A stretch of 64,000 nt of DNA from Dimorphilus gyrociliatus (Eukaryota > Animalia > Annelida): contig CAJFCJ010000007.1 of the NCBI GenBank assembly GCA_904063045.1, positions 3,169,404-3,233,403 of the forward strand. The letters are read 5' to 3'. Shown here piece by piece: positions 1 through 13,176 of this stretch. Both the position numbers and the translations under genes were made by a program. Position 1 is the first letter of the stretch, and each line of letters opens with the position of its first letter. The notes under the pieces were generated by a model. It was not told the DNA's origin. It was given only the letters and a program-made list of their open reading frames with translations, and did not search any database.

Positions 1-1407
1 AACATTTCTAGTAACAATTTTATACCAGTAGAAACAGTTTCCTCGGGTAAACTTTGCATAACTACACCCAAAGTTTGTGCAGCGCTCTCACGTACCGGAG
101 CCACAACTTCATCAGATATAAAATCACCGAATCTATCCAAGACTAATAAACCTATTAAACGAACTGCAATATTCTCCAGATAGCTTTGATTGGCCAATTC
201 CATCTGGAAATGTTATAAGTTTCTCAATAAACTTTAATTGTTAGGTATATTTTCTAATAAATACCGAATTTTTATATATTAAATTCGATTTTCCAGCACT
301 AGAGGCATGATGCTTTAAAATATGCCTAAGGGCGACTGCACTACCGTGTCGTTTCTCCCAAGCACTATTAATTAGGTCATTCAACAACGTTTCACAAAAT
401 TTCGATAACGGCCAATCTTCAGTCTAAGGTAGACATTGTTGTATAAGTTATTCTTATATAAATATGAAAGGATTTATAAACCTCAGTATCGAAACAAGCC
501 GGACTGTTTGATCTAGAGTCCACACTGATGCTACTAGATCTCGATCTCTTGCCAGCTTTCGAGTCGTCATCATTGATTACATTCCCACCATGTGAGGTTT
601 GCCTAGTGAAAGCTTTGACTTTTCTCTTCAACTTGTTCTTTTCTCTAACAGACAATGACTGATTACTCTTGAAGATAGAAGCTAGATTGTCTGATGACTA
701 TTGTAAATCATGGTGAAAATATTATTAAATAAATATTACGTAATCTATTAAGTTAATACTATTACATTTATAGATTGCGGAGTAGAAGGCTGCTTTACTA
801 AATCATCATCCTCTACTAAATCCGTGAGAAAATTTGAAACTGATGGTAGGCCTAACGACAAATTTTTATTCATCGCCTCTCTCTCTCTCTTAATAGCAGC
901 TTCTTTACTTTCTCCTACAAGTAAGAATAGATTTATGTGTCTATCATAGATATGAAAAAAAAAGTTTTTTTAACCAGTATCATTATCAGCATCGTATTCA
1001 CATCCTTCTGATCCAACTAGAGTTTTCTGTTTCAGAACTAATGATATATTGAAATCTTTGAAGCGCAAAAAATTCTCTTGTAATTTTTCAAAGACAGCAT
1101 TAGATTCTGGAGAGCCTTCCGGATTAAAGCTCGGCACTTGAGAGACAACAGCCTCAACAGCTAAACCTGCGGCTATCCTTGTTTCCCAATTAGGTTTACC
1201 CAATATTTCATGTAACTAATAATGATTATAAATATTATGCTTTATCAAAATTAACGGGAAGAATCGGAGATTAACCTTAAATAAAATTATTTGTAAGTCT
1301 TCTGGATGATTTTTTATGACAGTTCCTATTTGTTCGGCAGCTGTTTTTCGAACAACCATTGTCGAACCAGTGTCCAACAAACAGAACAATCGATCCAACC
1401 TACTCAT
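1..1407 (-). CDS. BTAF1: TATA-binding protein-associated factor 172 (BTAF1/Mot1), 5' part; gene runs off the window start
   Basis: Exon 1 (1407-1276) reads MSRLDRLFCLLDTGSTMVVRKTAAEQIG. A 60-nt intron is followed by LHEILGKPNWETRIAAGLAVEAVV. Near base 1 the frame reads LDRFGDFISDEVVAPVRESAAQTLG. All are hallmark BTAF1 N-terminal HEAT motifs. Confidence 0.95.
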
Positions 1408-2822
1408 TGTTACACGGTAAGTGACTTTGTTGAAAAAAACTAAACCATAAAAAATGTATTTAATGATATACCTTGTAGACATCTTCTATCTTTTTTAACA
1501 TATCTTAACTAATGATGATCTTCTATAATGCAGTTACAATCATTGTGTAACTGTCACCTTTCGTATTTACAGTGAAATAGCGCTTTAGAAATAATATGAA
1601 TTTGCTTCTTTATTTTCTATGGAAGAATGAATTTTCTAAATTTTTATCTGGTAGAAAGCTGTATACTCTAATGTATCAGTCCACAGTAGGTCGATTTTCG
1701 GTTTGAATTAAACGCATGTAAAATGAAAAAGCCCCCTCTCAAAAGCTTAATCGTTTCACATCCGCTCATTTCCACCGCTCAATTTATAATGACGCCATCT
1801 TCACGTGAGCGAGCTCAAAACCTGGAAGATTGGCGCTGATTGGTTGATAAAAATAGACAAATCGAATTTAATTTATCTATCAAGTCGTTGCAGAGAATAA
1901 ATATGGCGCTAGTATAACAACATCTATAGGACATTTTGAAAAGTAAACTTACGTAGAATCAATTGACGTCATTATTCTATAAATTATAATAATTTGGAAT
2001 TTACCTTTCGTTCTAGTTAAGAAAACTTTAGCGATAATAAAATGTATACTGAAAATTCAATATTATTCAAATATATATGTAGATATATATATGTATGTAC
2101 ATATTTTAGAGATCGTACGAAAATTATTAAACAACCATCCCTATTTATTTGAGCTGTGTACTAAGAATCTGAATAAACATAATTTCTTTACTCCTTCGTT
2201 AATTACGCGATTATAGTTACTGTGATGATATTATTTTTGTAACTGATTTAATTAAATGATATGCTTTACTAAATTGATGCATATGTCCCTTTTAATATCA
2301 GATACGAAACATAATATGGATTGTGTTGAGAAAGTATTGTGTAATTTTTTCAAATTATCTTGAAATAATTTCCAAATTTTGCAAAAGTAAATATAGTAAT
2401 ACAGAATAAACAAACAATATAGTTTATAATTTTGGAATTCAGAGAACAAATTTATTTATATAATATCCTATACTTCGATTAATTTACTGTATATACATCA
2501 ATACACTCTCATTTTCATGCTAGAGACAACGCCTTGTCCCAGTTCAAATCTATACGGATCAAGATAAAGAAAATCTTCTGCAAATTAGCTATTTAGTTAC
2601 TTATGTTTGTTTTTTTTAAAATAAAATCTTTTTATAATAAGACTTTTCATCATTTATTTATTTATAGATTATTAACTTTTGTATAAAATCATTCAAGTGA
2701 AAATAATACGAAAATACCAAAGCGGAAATAAACTGTCCGCCATTTCGATGTAACCGACAAGCTTCAGAGTTTTGCGGGAAATACACCTAGATAGACTTGA
2801 TTGTGATACTTTTACAGTAATA

Positions 2823-4684
2823 ATGAAAACAAATGATGATGAGGGATATGTGATTCGCGTCCGTGGTCTGCCATGGTCAGCTACAGAGGACGATGTTCGG
2901 AATTTCTTTGAAGGTACGGTATTCAAAAAAAATGCTTAATCAACTTTTACCTTGATGCCTTGACGATCGATACAGATGCCGCCTGCGATATCACAGAAAA
3001 TGGTATCCATTTCACATATGTCAGAGACGGCCGTCCATCGGGAGAGTGTTATATTGAATTCACTAATGAAGATAGCCTGAATAAAGCCTTAGCAAAGGAT
3101 AAGGAACACTTAGGAAAAAGATATGTCGAGATATTCAAATCTAAGAGGCAAGAAATGGAATGGGTTGTTAAAAGATCTGGACTTTCAGGACAACAAGGAG
3201 CAGACGCTGTAGTTAGATTACGTGGACTGCCGTTCGGTTGTTCTAAAGAAGAAATTGCTCACTTTTTTAGCGGTTCGTAACTTTCCAAGTCTTCCATGTG
3301 AACTTAACAAATAGCTTTAAATATGTTTAATGTGGGCTTTATTTTTCGGGCAATAAAGGGTTGGAAATCGTTCCAAATGGGATAACTCTTCTACACGATG
3401 GGCAGGGTCGATCAACAGGGGACGGATATGTACAGTTCGCATCAGCATCTCTCGCTGAACAAGCTCTCTCTAAACATACGGAAACAATCGGGCACAGGTG
3501 GGGGGTGAAAACCATCGGTCGTCATTATATTAGACAAAAACTTTTTTATCTTAAGTTTACAATTACTAGCCAATGTAAATAGCAAAATAATTCTTATTTA
3601 TAATTAATAAACCTAAAGATAAATGGCTGCTAGTAGTCTTGAACAGATAAAAAATATTTGTCAATATTGGAAGACCTCAGTAAATGTCTTGTTCAATCGG
3701 TTATTTCTATTCTGTTAATACGATGTGATGTATACTAGATTTTTTTACCATATATTTGTATACATCTGTATGTGTCTTTTGAAATTTTTATGTCTAATTT
3801 TCTGTTTTTATCAAGAGTGGGTGGGTATGGGTAAATTGGGTGAGGAGGTGACTTTCTAAAAGTCTTTTAAATTCTTTGCTTATTAATATTCAACTTGTTA
3901 AAATGCAGATATATCGAAATCTTCAAAAGCTCTTTAGTTGAACTTCGAAGCGTTTTGAACAGTCATAATCGAAGGACTCAACCAGGATTCCGCCCTGGTC
4001 CTTATGATCGTAATGAACGATATTCTGGTAGGTGTATCAAACTTAAAAAGTGGCGGAGATTCAATGACAAAATTGATTATCTAGGTTATGGGGGTGGAAG
4101 AGGCGGAGGGGGAGGAAGGCGAAATGTTAGAGGTTTCAATGAGGAATACGATGATTATTATGAATATGGTAGATCCAGACGACAACCCGGTGGTGGTTAC
4201 GGTGGAGGACGGAATAAAAATTGTAAGAGTTAAAAGTATGATAATTATAGAGATATTTAAAACCCTTGTCTTCTCCATAGATTATAATAATAGAGGTGGA
4301 TCAGGTGATTATACTAGTTCCACTGGACACAGTGTCCACATGCGAGGCCTGCCTTTCTCAGCAACCGAAGAGGATATTATGCATTTCTTTAGACCTTCAC
4401 AACCTATCAAAATCACAATCCACTACAATGCTGATGGAAGAGCTTCTGGAGAAGCAGATGTTGACTTTGCTTCTCATCATGAAGCAGAGGAATCTTTAAG
4501 AAAGGATCGTGCTGCAATGCAGCATCGGTATATAGAACTTTTCCTGAAGTCTACTCCTGGAGGAAGACCCCAACACAATCCTCCTTATTCTGGTGATCAT
4601 CATTCCGGGGTTGGTCCAATGCAAAACTTTGCAGCTTCTAATCAAGTTGGAACAATGGGTAACCCGAATTACACTCCTTTTTGA
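2823..4684 (+). CDS. HNRNPH1: hnRNP H/F family protein with 3 quasi-RRMs and a Gly/Tyr/Arg-rich linker
   Basis: Exons 2823-2913, 2976-3272, 3359-3497, 3909-4027, 4085-4222 and 4281-4684 are phase-compatible GT-AG. Motifs: [64 protein letters not shown]. Confidence 0.95.
3819..3840 (+). promoter_or_regulatory. Intronic G-quadruplex / G-tract cluster, a candidate hnRNP H/F binding element
   Basis: GGG-T-GGG-TAT-GGG-TAAATT-GGG fits the G3N1-7 x4 pattern. It lies in an otherwise very AT-rich 411-nt intron of the hnRNP H gene. Confidence 0.7.
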
Positions 4685-5453
4685 TAACTGCCCTCATAAT
4701 CATTTGTTGTTGTATCGTAACCATCTTATTATACATTGAAAACGTCAAAATGTTATTTGTAGAATGAGTTGAGATATTTAGCCTATGATAATGTATCATT
4801 TTTTTGAAACAATGCCTGGTGTTTCCGTTTCACAAAAGTAGCTTGTTACGCTATTGCTTTAAAAAAAATAGGCGATTTGATCATTGTGATAATGCTAAGC
4901 TTGGAAAATAGATTTTGACAGAAACTTTCCAGTGTTTATGAGAGAATGTTAGCACGTACGAGGTACAAAATGTAAAGAATGTCTTTTTTGTTAGCAGTTC
5001 ATCTTCCATTAAAGATTCCTCTTTTCTAAATACTCCACTGAGAGAAAGAAAATTCAATAAAAACAATCTTTTGCACAAACATTACTTTACTAAAGCAATC
5101 ATAGCTGTGATTACATCTGATGGAAATAAAACATGGAGGAATGATAAAAGCGCTGAAAATGACCGATACTTGTGAGAATACTCAGTGAAAACTTTTACTA
5201 CTATAATTTCTCTAATTTGAGCTTTCCCCTCCTTTTACTTTAAAAATCCTCCGTTTGCCCAAATAATTGGTAATTTGTCTTTTTTGAGATAAAAGCTTAA
5301 CCAATATTATCAATTTATAAAATCTAAGTAACTTCTTTTCAAATAAACTATACATTATTGTGAAGAATTAAAAGAAAGTACACTTGTTTGTTTCATATAA
5401 AGCCGATTCTCTAAAGTTATAACAAAGTGTATTTTTTATAAAATCGAACTGTA

Positions 5454-5711
5454 TTACATTTCTTTATACTTCTGCTGCAAACGAACACCAATAGCCTTTG
5501 TAGTATCCATAAATCTTTCTACACAATTTGAAATGCAACTCTCCGTTCTATAATCCAATTTGTCGCGTGGTTTGTCCATACATTTTTCCCAACAAACATC
5601 GGTAAGAGCATGAAGTTGTTGCTGGATTTGAGCCTTTTGTTGTTCAGCCATTAGAAATTGTTGCATTTCGTGATCCACATTGTTGGATTTCGTTGGCATA
5701 TCAAACGACAT
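5454..5711 (-). CDS. TIMM8: Mitochondrial intermembrane-space small Tim chaperone Tim8 (single exon)
   Basis: Twin CX3C motif (CWEKC...CISNC) with EQQKAQIQQQLHALTDVCWEKCMDKP and CVERFMDT. Confidence 0.93.
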   Translation of the reverse strand: MSFDMPTKSNNVDHEMQQFLMAEQQKAQIQQQLHALTDVCWEKCMDKPRDKLDYRTESCISNCVERFMDTTKAIGVRLQQKYKEM

Positions 5712-6084
5712 TTTCAAGCCGGCTTATTATTACAGTTGTATGTCTAAGAAAGTTAAGAGCTAGCAATGTGACTCTAAGGTCAAGGACGTTTAATATCCAC
5801 TTTCGAATATGGATTTTTATTTAGAATGTTTATTGAAAAGCTATATTGGTCGTTGCGAAATTTTTGTTCGATTTTAACTGTTACCTTTATTTCTAGTACG
5901 AAAAAACTTTATTAATTCTACTTCCTTAAATATAGCTGTCTGGTGTATAATTGGTTGATCGAATAGCTGATTCGATATTCGATACTCACTCGATACAGTA
6001 AACTTTCTTAGAAGATCACCCAAGCTCGATTTTATCATAAAACATCGATTTTGAAAGCTCGTTTCACGCCGTCTTCAAATAAGC

Positions 6085-9000
6085 ATGGGTAAAAAGGGAA
6101 AAATTGGAAAATCTCGTAAAGATAAATTCTATCATTTAGCTAAGGAAACAGGTAAGCTGAAGTTAATTTTTCTTAGTCAAATATTTCATGTGTATAACCT
6201 GTTCCCCCAATATTTTAGGTTATAGAGCTAGATCAGCATTCAAGTTGTTGCAATTGAATAGGAAATATGAATTTCTGGAGAAATCCAGAGTATGTATTGA
6301 CCTTTGTGCAGCTCCTGGGGGTTGGCTTCAGGTTGCTGCCGAGAAAATGCCGATATCGTCGGTTATTATTGGTAAGTTTACAAACTGTTAATTATTAAGC
6401 AATAGTACTTGACAAAACACTGTTTTATTTTAGGTGTCGATTTAGTTCCAATTAAACCAATTAGAAATGTAATAACTTTAACTGAAGATATAACAACTGA
6501 AAAATGCAGACAAGTATAAATTATGAATGTTTTTATGTATTATTATTTACAATTTTCATTTATTAAAAGGCTTTAAAGAAGGAAATACAAACATGGAAAG
6601 CTGATATTGTACTTCACGATGGTGCTCCGAATGTAGGAAAAAATTGGCTGCACGATGCTTTTTCTCAAGGTATAAATTTATTTCTTTTTAACTGATTAAC
6701 ATAAAACTATATAAATTTCTTTTTTCCTATAGCAACTTTAACTTTACAAGCTTTAAAGTTGGCTCTTGAATTTCTAAAGAAAGGAGGCTATTTTGTTACA
6801 AAAGTTTTCAGATCTAAGGATTATAATTGTTTGCTTTGGGTTTTCCAGCAACTGTTTAGAAAAGTAAAAACAAATTGTTCTTTTACACCTATATATATTT
6901 ATATATTCATTTTAATCTCAATTTGACAGGTATTTGCAACTAAACCTGCAGCTTCTCGTAATGAATCTGCCGAAATATTTGTTGTATGTCAGGGTTTTAA
7001 GGCTCCAGATAAAATTGACCCAAAATTTACTGATCCAAAATATGTCTTTCAAGAAGTAGCTCTTTTGGCTAAAGACTCTAAAAAAGCCTTACAACTAATG
7101 ACGAGCGAGAAAAGAAAGAGATCAAGAGAAGGATATGCCGATGGAGATTATACTCTTCACCATAGCCTAAGCGTTAACGAATTTTTTGAAAAGGAAAACT
7201 TTCTTGAACTCTTAGCTGGTTGTCACGTCGTAAGTTTCGGTTCCATAAATGAATTATTTACTTGTCATATATTTCAAATTAAGTACAATTCTTCACTTAA
7301 AAACCTTATTTAGTTGCTGCTGGATAATGAAAAAATTCGTGACCATCCCCTTACGACAAAAGAAATTAAACTTTGCTGTTCAGATATTCAAGTATTGGGT
7401 AGAAGAGATGTTAAAAATCTCCTAACTTGGAGAAAAAAGCTTTTAGAAGAATTTAAAACCGTTGATAAAAAAGAAGCGGAAGTTGAAGAAGTTAGTGATG
7501 CCGATAGTGAAGAGGACCTTGACGAAAAGATAGCCAGGCTCAAAAAGGAAGAAGAGCAATCAGTGAAAAGGTAAGTTAAATGAACAATACATCATTATAG
7601 ATTTTTAATGTCTCCTAAACATCGTTTTAAAGGAAAAGAAAGAAGGATATGAAGGAAAAGAGAAAGTTAAGGGACAAAATAGATATGAAAATGGTTATTC
7701 CAGGCGACAGAATGGACAACGCTGAGGATGAGCACATATTTGATATGAAAAAGATAACAACCAAAAATCAAGTTAAGAATATTACAGACAATGCAGAAGA
7801 ACCAGAAGTAGAAGATAATTGGGATGATGAAGAAGAACACTCAAAACGAAAAATGATGGCAACTTATGATAGATTTAAAGAAGATGCCGATGAAACGTTT
7901 CCTACCAGCGACGAAGAGGAAAACTCAGAGGGGGATGATGACGATGACGACGACGATGACGAGGAAGAGAATGGAAAAGATGATGATGAAGGTGAACAGA
8001 ATGGCAATCCTCTCATTGTTGATTTGCATGATGAACCTGAAAAAGACAGAAATATGGCCATGTGGTTTAATAGGGTAAGTTGTTTTATAATAGTAAACTA
8101 TTATTTAGACAAGACAATTATCATTTTGCAACGATCAATGTAGGATGCCTTCAAAGACCTCGAGAATGATGTAGAAAATGATAGTGAAGATGAGGAAGAT
8201 GGAATCGAGAATGGCATTGTAAAACAAGGTATTACTACGGCAAATGGTGGGGATAACAGTGATGATGATGAAAGTAGTGACGATTCGGATAGTGATGATG
8301 ACAGCGATGACTCAGATTCCGACTATGACGTTGGTAATTTGGGTACTCCAGCACAAAAAAAATTAAAAATAAGTAAAAAGGATGGTTTTGAAGTTGTTCC
8401 TACGTCAGAAATCGGTGAAAATACATTACCTGGGGTATCTAAAAAGGTTAAGAAATTAGATCCCTTAGGTTTAGCCATAGGGGAAGAACTGGTTAAGTCT
8501 AAAAAAAGAAGGCGGGAATTGATAGAAGAATCTTATCATAAATTTATGAATGATGATACAGATTTACCAGTTTGGTTTACTCAAGACGAAGCTAGAAATT
8601 ATCGCAAACCCGTATCAGTCTCTAAAGTAAGTTTCCATGTTTTTTATCTATAAGAGCCTGATTCGATTATGCAAATATTTATTTCCTTTATCTAGGAACA
8701 AGTTCAGGAATATAAAGAGAAGCTGAAAGCTATAGACGCAAGACCGGCCAAGCGAGTGATAGAAGCTAAAGCAAGAAAGAAGAAGCGCTCTGTTAGACGT
8801 CTAGAAAAAGCAAGAAAGAAGGCAGAAACTGTATCAGAATCAGTCGATGTTTCAGAGAAGGAGAAAATGAGACAAATCCGAGACATTTATAAAAGAGCAG
8901 GCCTATTGAAAAAACAAAAATCTGAAGTTAGCTACGTCGTCGCTAAAAAAGGTGCTGGGAAGAAGGTCTCAAGACCAGCTGGAGTTAAGGGACATTTTAA

Positions 9001-9121
9001 AGTTGTTGATCCTAGAATGAAAAAAGACAATCGAAAAATGAAAGATAATCTTAAAAAACAGAAGAAAGGTGGTAAATTCGGTAAGAAGAAACCAACAAAG
9101 GGAAAAGGAAAGGGTCGTTAA
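6085..9121 (+). CDS. FTSJ3: pre-rRNA 2'-O-methyltransferase FTSJ3/Spb1 (multi-exon)
   Basis: [23 protein letters not shown]|[45 protein letters not shown], an acidic linker, and C-terminal [19 protein letters not shown]. Confidence 0.96.
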
Positions 9122-10046
9122 ATTTTCTATATTATATAAAAATTTATAATTTCCTTATATTGAATTAATTATAAAAGCAATTTATGTTATTGTTCAAGCA
9201 GTAAAAAACACAAATGACAAAAAAAAGGAAACAAATTCAAATATAATGATATTTGCATTTAAGAGATTAATAAGCTGTTTAAATTAGTGGTTTAAATTGA
9301 TTAATGGATTGAATAATATCTTTAAAGAACAAACAGAAATACGATTAATCTTTTAAAAAACATAAATTAGATGTGAATTACTTTTTCATATACAGTCTAA
9401 CTAGTTGATATTTTCATTTCCCTACATTCTTTTGGTGAATTTAATCTTATCTTAGAAGCCAATTGCCGCCATAAGTTGGAAAGAAAACAACATATGGTAT
9501 AATAGATATTACATATGTAAAATTATTTCTTTTTATACACTTATAAGTGTAAATTATCCGCAAAATACTCTTCAAACCATAGCTTGATTTTTCTTTCACA
9601 AACACTTTAAACAAGTTAATATTATAAATTATTATATTGACATATATTTACTACTTCCTTAAGAGGTTGCTTATTAAATTGTATAAATATTATTAGGTTT
9701 ATTGCAATTATAGTAAGTAATACAACTTTATAGTACACGCTATCTACGACGTAATAACTTATTCAAAAAGTCTTGCATTCGTGACTGAAAGGGTCAAGGT
9801 CAGTTCTCTTAAATATTTTTTCCTACTAGCTCCTGAATGCTAGGGTTTAAAAAAAAACCATTTCTTTCAAAATAAGTTCTAAAAAATTTCTTTTTTTTTA
9901 TATAACACTTTTGAAATTAAAAAAAATTGTAATAAAAACAAAAGATGATAGGGGATATGGTTTTAACGAGTACCACAAGATTTATTGATCGACTAGCAGA
10001 CGACGTAATTTATTAGGAAATTTCAAAACTTAGTCCAAAAATAAAT

Positions 10047-11055
10047 ATGTGTTCAGGAGATCAAAACTCAGTGATACTGGCTACTGCCGGCTACGATCAT
10101 ACAATTAAACTATGGCAAGCTCATACCGGAAATTGTTATCGTACTATTCAGTATACCGATTCCCAAATAAACGCTCTAGAAATAACACCGGATAAGAAGC
10201 TAATCACTGCAGCAGGCTATCAGCATATACGTATGTTTGACTTGACTACAAGTAATAATAACCCATTAGTGACCTATGATGGTATACAAAAGAATATAAC
10301 AGCTTTGGGATTTAATGATGATGGATCATGGATGTATACAGTAGGCGAAGATGGATTTGCTAGAATTTGGGATGTTCGTTCAAAGTTACAAAAACCGCAA
10401 AAAATGTTTGAAATTAACGTACCAATTAACTGTGCCTCCCTTCATCCGAATACCTCAATATTATTTATTGGGGATCAATCTGGTACAATGCACACTTGGG
10501 ATTTAAGGATGAACGAGAATGATCAAATAGTTCCTGAACCAGAGTGTTCTATTCAAAGTATACATGTATGCCCGAATGGTAAATATGTAGCAGCAGTTTC
10601 GAATAGAGGTGCATTATATATATGGGAGTTATTAGGAGATCATATGTCACAATTAAAACCTTACTACAAGAAAATCATTCACGATAAATACGCCTTAAAA
10701 TGTCTGTATAGTTCAGATTGTCAGTACTTAGCAACCTCTTCCGCCGATAGTTCTATAAAAATATGGAATACTCGTGATATGTCTCTACTGAAAACGTTAA
10801 GGTCTGATAGTACCCAAAGATGGGTTTGGGATGTATCATTTAGTAGCGATTCCGAATATATTATAAGGTATATATTATTACTTTTAAATAGTTATATATA
10901 CTATAATAAATCTTTATTGTACACTATCTAGCGCCTCTTCTGATAATATGGCAAGATTATGGGAGATTGAAAGTGGTACTGTTAAACAAAAGTACGCAGG
11001 ACATCAGAAGCCGATAGTTTGTTTGGCATTTAGAGATCCGTTAATGAATCGTTAA
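10047..11055 (+). CDS. MLST8: TOR complex subunit LST8 (WD40); 2 exons (10047-10867, 10932-11055)
   Basis: VILATAGYDHTIKLWQAHTG, SQINALEITPDK, AAGYQHIRMFD, YLATSSAD, QRWVWD; last exon ASSDNMARLW...GHQKPIVCLAFRD. Confidence 0.95.
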
Positions 11056-13176
11056 ATAATGTAAAACTGGTATATTTTCTTTATTTCGCGTCTTAAAAAA
11101 TGTATTTTTTAAAACAATAAGTGTATTATTATTCATAGATCTCTCATTGACGCAATGACAAATATATATATATATATATATATATTTAAAAAATATATAT
11201 CATAATATAGATAAACACATTTCAAATATTTTATAAAATGGAGGATGATATTTCCTTCGATGGTTTTTGCCAAATAAAAAGGTATCAATATAATATTTAA
11301 ATTGGGTAGAGCTAAATACTAGGGAAAGAATTCTTCTGATGAAAAGAATAGAAATGATTCTATAAATAGATTATTATACACTATATGTGTTTGTTCGTTG
11401 TTTTATCGTTTATTTGCAATAATTTTAAGATTATTTTAGTTGGAAAATCCTTTTTTTTTGTTATGCTCTGTGAACATACTGTGAACACTTTTGACTATGT
11501 ATTTTCTTTAGACCTAATACGTGTTATTACAGCTGATATACATGGGAAAAAATTCTTTTTTTTTTTATTTCTTTGTTTCAATTCCTCCTTCATCCGTCCC
11601 GTTGATCTCTCTATCTCTATTTCTTACTTTAGTTTCTTTCCTATGAATTTATTTATGATCTTGATAAATATTCAACTCCTTCTTTAGTTCTTCTATTTCT
11701 CCATCCGGTTTAGTTTGGGTTTTATTCAATTTTGTCTGATATAACTATTTATTTATATTTATTTGCATTATGTGTATTATTTATTTGAATAGTCCAAGGA
11801 AAAAAACGTATTAAAAAGTTCAAATATATCATTTTTTATAATAGAGCTAACCTTCCTAATATCACTCACTTCTATAAAATTCGTTTTAGAACGTTCCCCA
11901 AACTTTAGGCTACGTGTTTAAAATGAAGCCAAGTCTTTATTTATTCTTCACATTTTTCTATTCTATAAAAAAATAACTTAAATAGAAACTATATACTTTT
12001 TTATTAGTAGCACTCTAAATCCGGATTTCGAGTTAACTTGTAAATCGTTGAATCTAATCCTAGATTACAAGCGAAGCCAACGGCTTCAACTACGGGCGTT
12101 ATCTATAGATTAAGATTATTACAAGAGATATTCTTTCGAAAGTTTACCTCTTAATTCTTAGCAAAAAAATTTGGCGCCAAACGAATATAGAAGTTTATTT
12201 TAGGTTCAGACAGTTTTCAGTCAAATGTTTCAAATATTTCTTTTTATAACTTTAACTTTAAAATTGTAAATAAAATATTAAATACTCATCTTTTTCCTCT
12301 CTTTATTTCCTTCCCTCTCTCTCTCTCTCTCTCTATCCTTTTCTTTTTAATTGATATAATCTACTTGAAAAACACTAACTATCTATGAACCATTTGCATA
12401 ATTCTATTGGTATAGTAAAGTTTGTCTAGTAACGTAGCTTTCTATTGAATTACGAAGAAGTCGGTTTATAATATACCTTGAGAAAAAAAGAATTTTTTTA
12501 AGGGTACCTTCGGAATACTAGAAAGTAATCATAGAAATTTTACGCCACCTAGCAGCAGATATACTCAGGCCTATTATATGTTTATTACTTCCATATCTTT
12601 TAAAAAGTGCTGAGTAAATCAATTAGTTTGTTACGTAAGAGATTCCACGAAATCACGAGTGAGAGGGGGGGAGAGAAGTTAATTATAGTACATTCGTTAA
12701 AATATTGAATAATCAACGAAAACAGAGTGAAAGTGATGAAGAGATAAATAAAGATTGTTAAGATGATTATATAAATATATATGCAGTATGTATATATAGT
12801 TTTTAAATGAAAGCCTATATACAAGTTTAAAATAGAATTTTATATCAGCGTTACTATGGAAACTATACTTATTCGAATCTAATTTTAAAGGTAAAACATT
12901 AACTATAAAAATATAAAGATAGTAAGTAATGAGTAATTGAATAGTAAATATCTTTTCAGTTGTTACAATTGTCTTGTTATTTTTAGGTTAAAATTTATAA
13001 GGTAAACTACCAAATAGTTTAACCGACATAGAACGCCGTCTGTTAAATGAAATGCTAACTTTTTCACTATTTGCTGTGCATAGTCAGACAGAAATAGATT
13101 TTTGCAGTTGCACATCTATTGCTGCATCAGTACTCTTTGGAAGCTCGCCTTCATATAAACTACAAAACCCAGAAAT

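Noticed and set aside
7864-8078. Poly-Ser minus ORF and alternative-frame ORF in FTSJ3
   Set aside because: Shadows of the acidic GAT/GAC/GAA-rich coding tract.
12071-12093. GCGAAGCC-AAC-GGCTTC hairpin resembling a Helitron 3' end
   Set aside because: It is followed by CTAC rather than CTRR, no 5' TC end or second copy was found, and it lies inside a possible coding exon.
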